This document shows, piece after piece, positions 30,407 to 39,199 of a stretch of DNA of 64,000 nt. The notes beneath the pieces were generated by a model. It was given only the letters and a program-made list of their open reading frames with translations. It was not told where the DNA came from and searched no databases. This DNA is from a virus: positions 3,417 to 67,416 of IMG/VR virus record IMGVR_UViG_3300036795_000039; one strand, given 5' to 3'. Positions within the stretch are counted from its first letter, which is position 1. Each line of letters begins with the position of its first letter. The position numbers and the translations under genes were made by a program.

Positions 30407-32056
30407 ATGACTGGCACCGTCAGTATTGACAACGTTAACTTCATGTGGCAGACGGTCATCATGCCACGCCAGGGCGACATCTATGTCTTTGGCGGTTCGT
30501 TAAATCCGAACGCGGTGCAGATGGGAACTGATTGCAGCGGAGCGGTTTCCGAGGTGGATGAGGCGGTTCTGTTTGGGGCGCAGATGAGTTGGATGCGCCA
30601 GTTCTGGACGGGGACCTTTGCCGGAGCGAATCCCGGCGACAGGGGTCCATTCCAGAATGTGTCCTGTACGTCAGAGTGGGTGTGTATCGCCGGTCCTGGT
30701 GACGCGCCAGCCGGTGCCGTCATGGTGGTCGCGGTCCTACAAGATCCCGACCCGTCGTCGGCGCACATGGTGTGTCAGGTGCTGGACCCCGATAACGTTA
30801 CTGGGTTCGGTGGTCCCGGCAAGTATGTGGGTATCGAGTCCGGCGGTCAGTTCGAAGACCCGAACGGTAACTCCACGTTGCACATTGGGCCTATCGCCAC
30901 CAGCATCTACGATCGTGAATTCAACCAGTGGTTCTACCTCGACCGCACGGTAGTCAGCCAGCCGGTGCTGACACCGTTGGAGGAGAACGCTCTAACTATC
31001 CTGAATGTCGGCGTGTCCAAAGGCATTGCACCGATAGGTATCCAGATGTCTTATGCATGCGTGTATGACGAGTCCAACTTCCTGATGTATGCGAACGCGA
31101 AAGTTGAAGAGTCCTTCAACTATCCGCATGACGCGGTCGGCAGCGACGGCTATTCGTGCGGCCCGTTCCAGCAGCAGTACACCGAAGGCTGGGGAAGCGT
31201 TGCGTGCGAGATGGATTGGGCGTGCTCGGCGGGCCTGTTCTTCGATGCGCTGGCCCGCACTGACTACAACAACTCGGCGAATTCGCCGGGGTGGCGCATC
31301 CAGCAAGTACAGCGGTCGGCTACAGTGGACGGCTCAAACTATGACGCACAGTGGAGTAGGGCTGTGTCGCTTTACAATACGGTGATCAACGCGCAAGCGG
31401 AAGGGTTCCTCATGTCACTATCCGATCAACAGCAGGCCGACCTGTACACCTGGTTAGGTGACATCCACGGCGGGCTGTTCAACTCGATCCAAAGCCAATC
31501 TCCCTTCAGGGCTTTAGGTGAGGGCGCGATTTGGCAGCAACACCAGATGCCTATCAACGACGACGGGTTCATTCATCCACAGTACGTGGCTTGGGCTGCG
31601 TCCGTGGGAGATTCGGGCAGCCTTGCGGTGCTGGAATCGTTGGCCACCGCATCGCCCACCACATGGCCCGACAGGGCGGCAGACATCGCGCTGGCGCAGC
31701 AAGTGCTGGCGGCGGTGCAGGGCGGTGCTGTGATCCCGCCGCCGGTCGTAACGCCAACGCCGAACGTAGTTACGCCGGACGTCGTCACGCCACAGCCGGT
31801 TACGCCGGTCATCAGCCCGTCAGGCATCAATATCAGCCCGGCGCAACTGATTACGTGGGCCAACGACGCGGTAACTATCATCGGGACATTGGGCACTTGG
31901 GCTACGTCCATTCACAGCATCCTGGGTCAGTTCTTGCCCGGCGCGTCCGGTGTTGTGGTGCCCTCAATGCTGGCCGCTGCCACCACCGTTTCGGCGGGCC
32001 ACACCGTACACCGTCGCCACCAGGCCGAGAAGGCGCTAGCTAAGTCGGGCACATAG
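30407..32056 (+). CDS. endolysin (lysin A): NlpC/P60-like peptidase plus lysozyme/transglycosylase-like domain
   Basis: Y.FGG..GTDCSG..AHM; ES.F.MYAN..V.ES..YPHDAVGSDG.S.GPFQQQ..WG; Q.VQRSA..DGSNY. Confidence 0.85.
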   Translation: MTGTVSIDNVNFMWQTVIMPRQGDIYVFGGSLNPNAVQMGTDCSGAVSEVDEAVLFGAQMSWMRQFWTGTFAGANPGDRGPFQNVSCTSEWVCIAGPGDAPAGAVMVVAVLQDPDPSSAHMVCQVLDPDNVTGFGGPGKYVGIESGGQFEDPNGNSTLHIGPIATSIYDREFNQWFYLDRTVVSQPVLTPLEENALTILNVGVSKGIAPIGIQMSYACVYDESNFLMYANAKVEESFNYPHDAVGSDGYSCGPFQQQYTEGWGSVACEMDWACSAGLFFDALARTDYNNSANSPGWRIQQVQRSATVDGSNYDAQWSRAVSLYNTVINAQAEGFLMSLSDQQQADLYTWLGDIHGGLFNSIQSQSPFRALGEGAIWQQHQMPINDDGFIHPQYVAWAASVGDSGSLAVLESLATASPTTWPDRAADIALAQQVLAAVQGGAVIPPPVVTPTPNVVTPDVVTPQPVTPVISPSGINISPAQLITWANDAVTIIGTLGTWATSIHSILGQFLPGASGVVVPSMLAAATTVSAGHTVHRRHQAEKALAKSGT

Positions 32057-32976
32057 TGCCGTTCCTCACACACCTTAACGAGCGGGAATTCAAAGCAGCG
32101 GAACGCATTACGGCGTGGCTGCTAACCCTACTCGGGTACACCGTCGCGATGGGAATGGGAGTGGATTCGTCGGGCTGGCACGACCCGGTGTTCCAGGTGG
32201 TCAGCCATGTGCCGTGGACCCCGTACTCGTGGGCGGCTGTGCTGGCCGCATCCACAGTGGTGTTCAACATCGGCTATGTGCTCGGGTTCGAAAACCATTG
32301 GCGCGGAAGGTTAATCATCCTCGGCGCATCGCTGTGCGCGGCCTGGTGGATAGGACTGGCCGCATGTATGGCCCGCATGGTGTACCAAATGCCAACGCGC
32401 ATAACGATTATGTGGCCGGTGGTGACGTTCTTCATCGCGTGCATATATCTGTCGCGGGTGGTTGTGTACTCGGACCTGTTCACCGGGGAGCGGTGGAACA
32501 CCAATCCGTATCAAGCCTGGGCCACAACGTTTCTCATGTCGGCGTCTTTGTCACAAGTCATTATAGGTATCGCCCCGGTATCCATCCTCACTGAGATCGA
32601 GCGCCCGGCAGCGCTGAGCGTGGGCAGCGCGAATCTCTTTGGCGCAGTGGTGGTTATGTTCGGCCTGCACCTCAAGGATAAAGAGCAAGGGCTGATGTAT
32701 GAGCTGGCGGGCGCATTCTCACTGGTGCTCACACTGGGCTGGTATTGCACGGAGGTGCTACGCCAATCACCTTTGTCTGGAACAACTTTGGGCTTCGCTA
32801 TGCCGGAGGCATTCGTGCTCGCCACACTACACAGGGGCATTCAGATCATCACACTCAAAGGCGCGCGGTGGTATGGCCGAGAACGGCTGGAACGAAAGAT
32901 GATTCATGCACTCAACCCGACCGCCACAGTGACACCACTGGTGCCGGAGGTTGAGCCGGAAGCCAACGGCGCGTAA
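32056..32976 (+). CDS. multi-pass membrane protein in lysis cassette (holin-like position)
   Basis: About 7-8 hydrophobic segments; directly after lysin A. Confidence 0.65.
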   Translation: MPFLTHLNEREFKAAERITAWLLTLLGYTVAMGMGVDSSGWHDPVFQVVSHVPWTPYSWAAVLAASTVVFNIGYVLGFENHWRGRLIILGASLCAAWWIGLAACMARMVYQMPTRITIMWPVVTFFIACIYLSRVVVYSDLFTGERWNTNPYQAWATTFLMSASLSQVIIGIAPVSILTEIERPAALSVGSANLFGAVVVMFGLHLKDKEQGLMYELAGAFSLVLTLGWYCTEVLRQSPLSGTTLGFAMPEAFVLATLHRGIQIITLKGARWYGRERLERKMIHALNPTATVTPLVPEVEPEANGA

Positions 32977-33383
32977 TGGACAACAGCGAACTCGCGGCGG
33001 TCTTCAGCCTATCCGGCGTCGTAATCACCGCCCTTCTAACGACTTTGACCGCGATCCGCTCCGGCAAGGACCGCCGCGAGCGCACCGCCGACCGGCGCAG
33101 AATCGAAGAAGAGACAACCGATGTCATCCTGAAACGTGTTCGCAGAGAACTAGATCGGGCCTATGAGGTGATTGACATCAAGGACCGCAAGCTGCGCTTA
33201 TGCACGCGGTTCATTCACGTCAACCGAGAGCAGTTCGCCACGTTGGGAATTGAAGTGCCGGACCTAGACATTGACGAGGGTCCGACCGTGCGCGACGAGG
33301 CCCGCCGGGTCCGGTTCGAAATCGACACCGCCGCCGACGACGCACGCGAGGACGACCTGCTCGACAGGGACGGACCGCCGTGA
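32976..33383 (+). CDS. single-TM lysis-cassette protein
   Basis: N-terminal TM followed by charged coiled coil. Confidence 0.65.
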   Translation: MDNSELAAVFSLSGVVITALLTTLTAIRSGKDRRERTADRRRIEEETTDVILKRVRRELDRAYEVIDIKDRKLRLCTRFIHVNREQFATLGIEVPDLDIDEGPTVRDEARRVRFEIDTAADDAREDDLLDRDGPP

Positions 33384-33403
33384 CCCACTCTGATTTTGGG
33401 CAC

Positions 33404-33436
33404 AAAAAAAGCCCAGCAGGCCGAAGCCTACCGGGC
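33404..33436 (-). terminator. intrinsic terminator of the leftward operon, at the convergence point
   Basis: Minus strand GCCCGGTAGGC-TTCG-GCCTGCTGGGC-TTTTTTT. Confidence 0.88.
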
Positions 33437-33457
33437 TAATCTTGTTGCGCCACAACG

Positions 33458-33706
33458 CTATGCGAACTCGTCGTAACGCGCCTGTATCTCTGCTTGCACC
33501 CGCGCCACCTCTGACGCGTCGATCATGGTGAACTCGCCCAGCCACAGGATGTCATCCTGCGCGTGGTCGTTGGGTTGCCAGCCGCTGGCCGGTCGCCAGC
33601 TCTGCGCCGGGGCCGACAGCCATATGGGCATGTTGCCGTCTGTTGGCGCGTCAACCCGATACAACTTGGTGGCCGGTCCAGGCCCACCATTGCTGTAGTA
33701 CAGCAT
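33458..33706 (-). CDS. 82-aa protein, candidate immunity protein for an alarmone-synthetase toxin (IapK-like pattern)
   Basis: GGAGG RBS; YY....P..LYR....W......I..LGEF..I...EV pattern. Confidence 0.55.
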   Translation of the reverse strand: MLYYSNGGPGPATKLYRVDAPTDGNMPIWLSAPAQSWRPASGWQPNDHAQDDILWLGEFTMIDASEVARVQAEIQARYDEFA

Positions 33707-33714
33707 TTCAATCT

Positions 33715-33930
33715 TTACCTCCCGTTCAACTTGTTCGCTCGTTCCCATTGCTCCGCAATGGCTTTCGCTCCCTTCCTAGACGCGGCCTCCTGGCTGGTGA
33801 TCATTTTGCCCCCGCGCCCATGCTGACTCACGCAGATCATGCCCGTATGTCTGACCGGTGTTACTCGATAGACTCGGTCAGCACCACCATGCGCTATCAG
33901 GTTGACGCCTACAGCATTCCACTGCATCAT
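33715..33930 (-). CDS. small hypothetical protein
   Basis: GAGGTG RBS; operon continuity. Confidence 0.6.
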   Translation of the reverse strand: MMQWNAVGVNLIAHGGADRVYRVTPVRHTGMICVSQHGRGGKMITSQEAASRKGAKAIAEQWERANKLNGR

Positions 33931-33936
33931 GCCACC

Positions 33937-34077
33937 TCACATATAGAGTGACAGGCCGGTGTTCACCAGCTCGACTATCGCCGCGCCGATGTCACCGCCC
34001 GTCTGCTCGTCGGCGTACTGCGTGATCGCGGCCCACCGTGAAAACTGTTGCGGGTCAAGGGTAATCGACTCTTCCAT
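33937..34077 (-). CDS. 46-aa protein, possibly ribbon-helix-helix
   Basis: MEESITLDPQ..YADEQTGGDIGAAIVELVNTGL; TGATG coupling. Confidence 0.5.
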   Translation of the reverse strand: MEESITLDPQQFSRWAAITQYADEQTGGDIGAAIVELVNTGLSLYM

Positions 34078-34424
34078 CAGGCCACCGCCCCAGAGCTGCC
34101 GCCGTAGTAGCCGGGGCAGTAGGCCAGCTCTGCGTCGTGAACCATTGCCGCAGACTTGATTTGATCCAACTGCGACAACTGGTAGACCTTCGAGATCAGG
34201 CTGGACTCACTCACACCATCCATGCGCTGCTCGCAGATGAAGTGCGCGCCGTCGATTGCCGATGCTGCGCCGGACCTGTTGCTGATACCGTCACGGTCCA
34301 GCATGGACAGGTACTGGTTGTCCATGTCCATCGGGTCAGCATGTGCTGTGGGTACCATCAGGAACGCCGCTATGGCGCACCACACGGCGAAAGCCATGGC
34401 CCCGAACACATCTCGTGCTCTCAT
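34077..34424 (-). CDS. secreted DUF732-family protein
   Basis: Signal peptide ending PTAHA-DP; D..YL..L...GI, GAH.IC, AYCP. Confidence 0.82.
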   Translation of the reverse strand: MRARDVFGAMAFAVWCAIAAFLMVPTAHADPMDMDNQYLSMLDRDGISNRSGAASAIDGAHFICEQRMDGVSESSLISKVYQLSQLDQIKSAAMVHDAELAYCPGYYGGSSGAVA

Positions 34425-34428
34425 TGTG

Positions 34429-34512
34429 TTTTCCTCTCTCGCAACCGATTTGGCTGCTGAGCCAACCGCACTATCCCTTTTGGGACAGTGGGCTGGACTG
34501 CGGCCCTTCGGA
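34429..34512 (-). repeat. structured intergenic element copy 1; its variable stem is palindrome copy 4 (34470-34489)
   Basis: Minus strand GAAGGGCCGCAGTC-[stem]-GCTCAGCAGCCAAATCGGTTGC-GAGAGAGGAAA. Confidence 0.88.
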
Positions 34513-35667
34513 TTACGCTTCGACGTGAACCGTTCGACCGAACGGTCCCGTCATACTGGTGGTCGCGAGCCACAGGGTCGGTATCTCCGACGTGTCTGGC
34601 GCACGGCCACACAGGTCGGTGATGTACACGACACCCGCGATGTGCTCGCCCATGGCGACCAACTCATCGACCCGGTTGAACACTGGCCGAAAGTCCGTTC
34701 CGCCACCACCTTTCGCGGACAGCGGGCACTCGTCGCCTGGGGCCAACTCGATCTCGTCTTTGATCGCCGCGTCGGCGTCGAGGACCAGACCAGAGCAACC
34801 CGTTTCTGACAAGCACTCAGTGATTAGCGCGGAGTACGCCGACAACTGCTGGTTGCTGACCGAACCGCTTGTGTCCCTTGCGAACACGACCTTGCCTATC
34901 TCATCAGCCCGCTTGCGCGGGTAGATGACCGGCTGCCAGGCGTGCCGCCTAGCGGAGCGCGACCAGTCATTGCGGGTGGACATGGCGTCCTTCACAAAGT
35001 CCGCCATCTCGCGCCGCCAGTCAATCGACTGATGGCGTATCCGGTCCAGAATCCGTTGCAGGTCACCGGGAACGTCACCGACCCCCAGCGCTTGCGCAGC
35101 TTGCGCGGCCTGAATCACCGCGCCGTCCCACGCATCTCGCAACTCCTGGCTGGCCTGAGCGGCTGCCTGAGCGTCACCGGACGGGTCAGCAGCGGGTTCG
35201 CCGAACGTACCGCAGGGATCGCTTGCGCCCCCTTGGCTTTCGCCGCCCTTGCCGCCGCCGTCCTGTTGGTCAGGTTCGGGCAGACGTCCAAGAATTTCCT
35301 CACACGCCAGCCCGCGATACTGCGAGTCGGCCAGGCCACCATCCGGCATCTTGATATCGGCGATGTCCTGTAGCGTCAGGTTAATCTCATGGTCACCCGC
35401 GACGTTGCCGCGCTGGTCCGCCGGTAAACGCCACATGTGCTGGTGAGCACAGTGCAGTGTCTCATGTAGCAGGACGAATCGCAGTTCCTCATCGGACAGC
35501 GACTCCACAAAGGTTGGGTTCCAAGCGATCTCGCGACCGTTGGTGTGAGCCGTCTCAGTGGATGGGTCCAGCTTGTCGGGCAAGCGCATCGCCAGCGAAC
35601 CGTAGAACGGCTGGTTGGTCAGCGCCCACCACCGCGCTCTATCGATGCGCGTGGTTACTGATGTCAC
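34513..35667 (-). CDS. DUF2201-type metallopeptidase-VWA protein
   Basis: PFYG, TA.TNG, HETLH, N.A.D..IN; DTSGS MIDAS, GGGGTDFRPVF, YITD. Confidence 0.88.
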   Translation of the reverse strand: MTSVTTRIDRARWWALTNQPFYGSLAMRLPDKLDPSTETAHTNGREIAWNPTFVESLSDEELRFVLLHETLHCAHQHMWRLPADQRGNVAGDHEINLTLQDIADIKMPDGGLADSQYRGLACEEILGRLPEPDQQDGGGKGGESQGGASDPCGTFGEPAADPSGDAQAAAQASQELRDAWDGAVIQAAQAAQALGVGDVPGDLQRILDRIRHQSIDWRREMADFVKDAMSTRNDWSRSARRHAWQPVIYPRKRADEIGKVVFARDTSGSVSNQQLSAYSALITECLSETGCSGLVLDADAAIKDEIELAPGDECPLSAKGGGGTDFRPVFNRVDELVAMGEHIAGVVYITDLCGRAPDTSEIPTLWLATTSMTGPFGRTVHVEA

Positions 35668-35670
35668 TTT

Positions 35671-35755
35671 GGTTTCCTCTCTCGTGCAACCGATTTGGCT
35701 GCCGACCGGAGCTGGCCGAGGTTGCCCCCGACCAGTCCGACTGCGGCCCTTCAGA
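35671..35755 (-). repeat. structured intergenic element copy 2
   Basis: GAAGGGCCGCAGTC-GGACTGGTCGGGG(GCAA)CCTCGGCCAGCTCC-GGTCGGCAGCCAAATCGGTTGC-ACGAGAGAGGAAACC. Confidence 0.88.
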
Positions 35756-36556
35756 TTACTTGATACCTCCCAACACCGACAGGATGTCAGATGCTTGCTT
35801 GGCAACCTTGCGGCGTGCCTTGGCGTCGTCGCGAACGTCCTCCGCGTGGATCGTGGCCAGCGGCTCCATCGCCTTGACCACCGGGGCGAAATCGCCCGAA
35901 AAGTCAAGATCTGGAACCAGATTGGTGAGATCACGAATCGAGTCGAACACGGACGCGTACAGCTTGCCGTCCGCCTTACAGCGATCACGCACACGCCGCA
36001 ACGCCTCCGCGAGACGCGCACGCAGTTCCTTCTCGGCCTCTTCCGCCGAAGCTGCGAGCCATTCACCCCACGCGCCATCCGCCGGGGTCGGCAGGTACCG
36101 CGTGCCAAACGAGAACTTGCCCTCAATCTCGTTGCGGCTCGGCCACATTGACGCGTCAAACAGACCGTTCAACCGGGCCGGTGCGTTCCGCCGCTCCGAC
36201 TCGTAGTCGGCGAGGAATGCTGCCACCAGCTTGTTGTGACGATCTCCCAGCTTCCGCATGACCTCCGCGTGTTCGAACTCACGGCCAGCGGGCAACATCC
36301 GCATACCGTCCTGAGCGGACGGCAGCGTGAGCCGCCGGTGCTCCTGGTACGCTTCCGCGTGCAGCTTGGCGAGGTCAGACAGCGCCGGGTGATCCGACAC
36401 GCGAACAAGAACCTTGGCGGCATTGACGATACCGTGGGCCTCATTCACCGCGTGAGTTTCCTTGCGGTGCTGCCGCGTTGCCTGCCACCGGCCCGTGTTC
36501 AACACAGCCAGCTTGGTTCTCGCGGCTACCTCTTCGATGTTAATGATGTTATTCAT
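35756..36556 (-). CDS. DUF3150-like helical protein
   Basis: W...R, TLP....G.R.LP, F...Y, LF....P....I..KF pattern; sits between AAA and VWA genes. Confidence 0.6.
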   Translation of the reverse strand: MNNIINIEEVAARTKLAVLNTGRWQATRQHRKETHAVNEAHGIVNAAKVLVRVSDHPALSDLAKLHAEAYQEHRRLTLPSAQDGMRMLPAGREFEHAEVMRKLGDRHNKLVAAFLADYESERRNAPARLNGLFDASMWPSRNEIEGKFSFGTRYLPTPADGAWGEWLAASAEEAEKELRARLAEALRRVRDRCKADGKLYASVFDSIRDLTNLVPDLDFSGDFAPVVKAMEPLATIHAEDVRDDAKARRKVAKQASDILSVLGGIK

Positions 36557-36560
36557 CGGA

Positions 36561-36647
36561 TTTCCTCTCTTCACAACCGATTTGGCTGCTGAGCGAACCA
36601 CGCCGAGGTTGCCCCCGGCGGGTTCGACTGCCTCCCTTCGGATTTCG
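36561..36647 (-). repeat. structured intergenic element copy 3
   Basis: GAAGGGAGGCAGTC-GAACCCGCCGGGG(GCAA)CCTCGGCGTGGTTC-GCTCAGCAGCCAAATCGGTTGT-GAAGAGAGGAAA. Confidence 0.88.
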
Positions 36648-37691
36648 TCAGTTGACTGCGAACAGCTCTTGGTTCTCAGTGAACCAGAACACCCACTCTT
36701 TGCTGCCGGACAGCTTCGCGCCCAGCTTGCGGTACATGTCACGAGCCAGCAATGCACCGTAGACACGCGGCATCCGACTCATGTATTGCACGGCGGCTGT
36801 TGCATGTTGCTGCTCGACCGCTGCGGCCAGCATGGACGCGACCAGGTACAGCGCGGCTGGATCGTCGGGCACCGGAGCGCCCTTCGGGTCCATCCACACC
36901 TGGTCTGGTGTCGGCAGCTTGTTCGCCAACCGGGCGAACGCTAGGAACTCAGCCGCCGCCGGTTTCCCGATAGCAGCAGAGATGGACGACAAGTCCTGAA
37001 TCCCGTTCTGCCACAGGCGAATCACCGTCTCCCACGAGCGGTAGTCCGGCATACGGACGGCCGGGTGGGCGGACGGCTTCCAGTTGTACAGCGGCGAGTT
37101 TTCCTCGCGGGCACCAGTCGAACGGTGCCAGGCGATGATTTCCGCCGGAGCGCCGTTGTCCATCGCCCACTCGGTCCACTGCGCCACTTCGTCCTGCCAG
37201 GTACCCAGCATCACCGGGCCGTCTGCGGCGGTGTTCGCAGAACCGGGGGCCGGGATTTCGAACGCCAGGTGGAACCGTGACCGCAGCGGCTCGCAGAGCC
37301 GCGTCACACCGGCCACATCACCGGGCCGGTTGGTCGCGCCCCAAATGAGAACCTGCGGCGACAACGTCCCCTCATCGAACAACCGCATCAGCGCGGCCTG
37401 CACGTCGATGGGGGCCTGCCCCAGGTCATCGAGGAACAACAGTGTCGGCTCTGTGGTGGTCTGAAGATCGGCCAGCACATCGAGCGGAAGTGCCTTGGTG
37501 ACACCGGCTTTCATGTCCGGCACCAGGGCGCCCCCGAAGTCCACACGCTCGGACAGGCTCGCCCGCATCACTACGAGCCGCCTGCCCAGATCCTTTGCGA
37601 CGGCCGCGATTCGGGCTGTCTTGGCGCAACCGGGCGGGCCGACCAGCAATACTCGCTGACCAGCCGCCATCAGTGCGTTAAGTTTCGACAT
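36648..37691 (-). CDS. MoxR-like AAA+ ATPase
   Basis: Walker A GPPGCAKT, Walker B LLFLDD, ATN sensor, PLRSRF Arg finger, RSWE. Confidence 0.9.
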   Translation of the reverse strand: MSKLNALMAAGQRVLLVGPPGCAKTARIAAVAKDLGRRLVVMRASLSERVDFGGALVPDMKAGVTKALPLDVLADLQTTTEPTLLFLDDLGQAPIDVQAALMRLFDEGTLSPQVLIWGATNRPGDVAGVTRLCEPLRSRFHLAFEIPAPGSANTAADGPVMLGTWQDEVAQWTEWAMDNGAPAEIIAWHRSTGAREENSPLYNWKPSAHPAVRMPDYRSWETVIRLWQNGIQDLSSISAAIGKPAAAEFLAFARLANKLPTPDQVWMDPKGAPVPDDPAALYLVASMLAAAVEQQHATAAVQYMSRMPRVYGALLARDMYRKLGAKLSGSKEWVFWFTENQELFAVN

Positions 37692-37693
37692 AT

Positions 37694-37796
37694 GGTTTCC
37701 TCTCTCAGGCAGCCGGATTGCTCCGGCGCACAGCCAATTTGACTGCTGAGCAGGTACCACCAGGATCGCTGGTGGCCCTGACTGCGGCCCTTTGGT
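37694..37796 (-). repeat. structured intergenic element copy 4 (extra GCAA hairpin)
   Basis: AAAGGGCCGCAGTC-[stem]-GCTCAGCAGTCAAATTGGCTGT-GC-GCCGGA(GCAA)TCCGGC-..GAGAGAGGAAACC. Confidence 0.85.
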
Positions 37797-37822
37797 CTAA
37801 AGGTATTGCGCCACACCGACAC

Positions 37823-38029
37823 TCAATCGGCTTGGAACCCGAAGTACACACGCGGCGCGTGCTTGAACTCCAACGTGCCCTTCGCGCCGTCCGACCTGCG
37901 GACGACCGTAACGAACGGGGCGGCGAAGCCGATAAAGTCGTACAAGGCTTGCGCCTCAGCAAGACTCATCCCGGCTCCCGGCTCCGGCTCGCGACCGGAG
38001 TCGTAATTGTGAATCTCAATACCAGACAT
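37823..38029 (-). CDS. small conserved phage protein
   Basis: GGAGG RBS; F.GFAAPFV.V.RRSDG.KGTLEF.H.PRVYFGF. Confidence 0.7.
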   Translation of the reverse strand: MSGIEIHNYDSGREPEPGAGMSLAEAQALYDFIGFAAPFVTVVRRSDGAKGTLEFKHAPRVYFGFQAD

Positions 38030-38181
38030 CAACCCTCCCAGGTTAATTCGGATGGATCGAGGTAGATTACTTTGGTACCCCGAAGGATTCTGGCTAGGCC
38101 GTCCGGTGTCCACTTGTCGAAGACTCCGAAGAGCCGCTGGCTATGTGGTGGACACCAAGACACGCGGCTATGGCGGCTCAT
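38029..38181 (-). CDS. small hypothetical protein, 50 aa
   Basis: TGATG coupling at both ends. Confidence 0.4.
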   Translation of the reverse strand: MSRHSRVSWCPPHSQRLFGVFDKWTPDGLARILRGTKVIYLDPSELTWEG

Positions 38182-38303
38182 CAGCTCACCATGAGATCAT
38201 GTTCGTCCCACCAGGCCTGCGCGTCGTCCAGCACTTGGCTCAACTGCTCGACCAGGTACTCGGGACGCAGCGGTTTGTGCTGCCTGTCGTTGTATTCCTT
38301 CAC
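38181..38303 (-). CDS. small hypothetical protein, 40 aa
   Basis: GTG just after the GAGAGAGGAAAC of element copy 5. Confidence 0.55.
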   Translation of the reverse strand: MKEYNDRQHKPLRPEYLVEQLSQVLDDAQAWWDEHDLMVS

Positions 38304-38305
38304 GT

Positions 38306-38388
38306 GTTTCCTCTCTCGCAACCGATTTGGTTGCTGACCAGGAGCGCCCCGCCGGAGCGGGACGAACCTGACTGCGACCCTTCAGTTT
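38306..38388 (-). repeat. structured intergenic element copy 5
   Basis: GAAGGGTCGCAGTC-[stem]-GGTCAGCAACCAAATCGGTTGC-GAGAGAGGAAAC. Confidence 0.88.
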
Positions 38389-38577
38389 TCAGTTGTTATG
38401 CACCGCATCACACTCGACACCATCATCGCTCAGGCCGAAGGTGATTCGATCCATGGCACTATTTTGGATCATGTTACGAATCTGCCTGTCGGACAGCCGT
38501 TTACTGCCGGGGTAGGCAAACACCCTGCGGTATTGGTCCGCGTCGAACTCAACAGTGAAGTTGACCCGCACCTTCAT
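38389..38577 (-). CDS. small hypothetical protein, 62 aa
   Basis: GGAGGAAAC RBS; MKVRV.FTVE.D. Confidence 0.7.
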   Translation of the reverse strand: MKVRVNFTVEFDADQYRRVFAYPGSKRLSDRQIRNMIQNSAMDRITFGLSDDGVECDAVHNN

Positions 38578-39199
38578 TTTGTTTCCTCCCTTTGGGCAGC
38601 CACCATGGCTGCCTTACCGGCGCGCTGGTACGTGACCAGCACACTGGTAAGGCACCCCGCCAGTCACCGAAATGCCTTGCGGGATACCCCGTTTGAAGAG
38701 AGAGAGAAATCTTGTGCCATCCCGTGACCCGCCTGACCCCGTAGGTATCTCCGCATCCTTGTCACCGCTCAAGGCGGATTGACCTCACCGTTCAAGACGG
38801 GTTTGGCGACTGTCGATCACGACTAACGCACTCGTTCCGTCCGGCTCTTCAGCGCGGCTCGCGATATCTCTGCCCGCAGACGCGATGCGACCTGGGGGAG
38901 CCAGGGAAAGTCCCCCTGGCCGGTTCTGCCATGTTTCTCAACGGGGGGGCGGAAACCCGAACCCCGGAGCCGCGACCCGAAACAACGGACGCACTACGTG
39001 CAACCCAATGTTGACAACATATATTCCTGGTGACAACCCATTTACAGGAACCGGGGGTGTGATGTCCGTCACACCCTCTTAGGGGTGGCCGTGACCAGGA
39101 CGAATGACCCAGAATCAAGACCCCCACTCACCTGGTAGCACCGGACCAGGCAGGCCCCAACGTCGCTCAGCGGGCCACTCAGCCCCAGCACGGGGCGTT

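Noticed and set aside
34513-37760. ORF-track starts at 36159, 36766 and 37760
   Set aside because: They run through the repeat element or upstream gene; RBS-supported starts are 35667, 36556 and 37691
34429-38388. Intergenic repeats as a CRISPR array, known ribozyme or terminators
   Set aside because: Separated by whole genes; AGUC resembles the hairpin-ribozyme site but the loop A/B partners and hammerhead CUGAnGA core are absent; no U tracts
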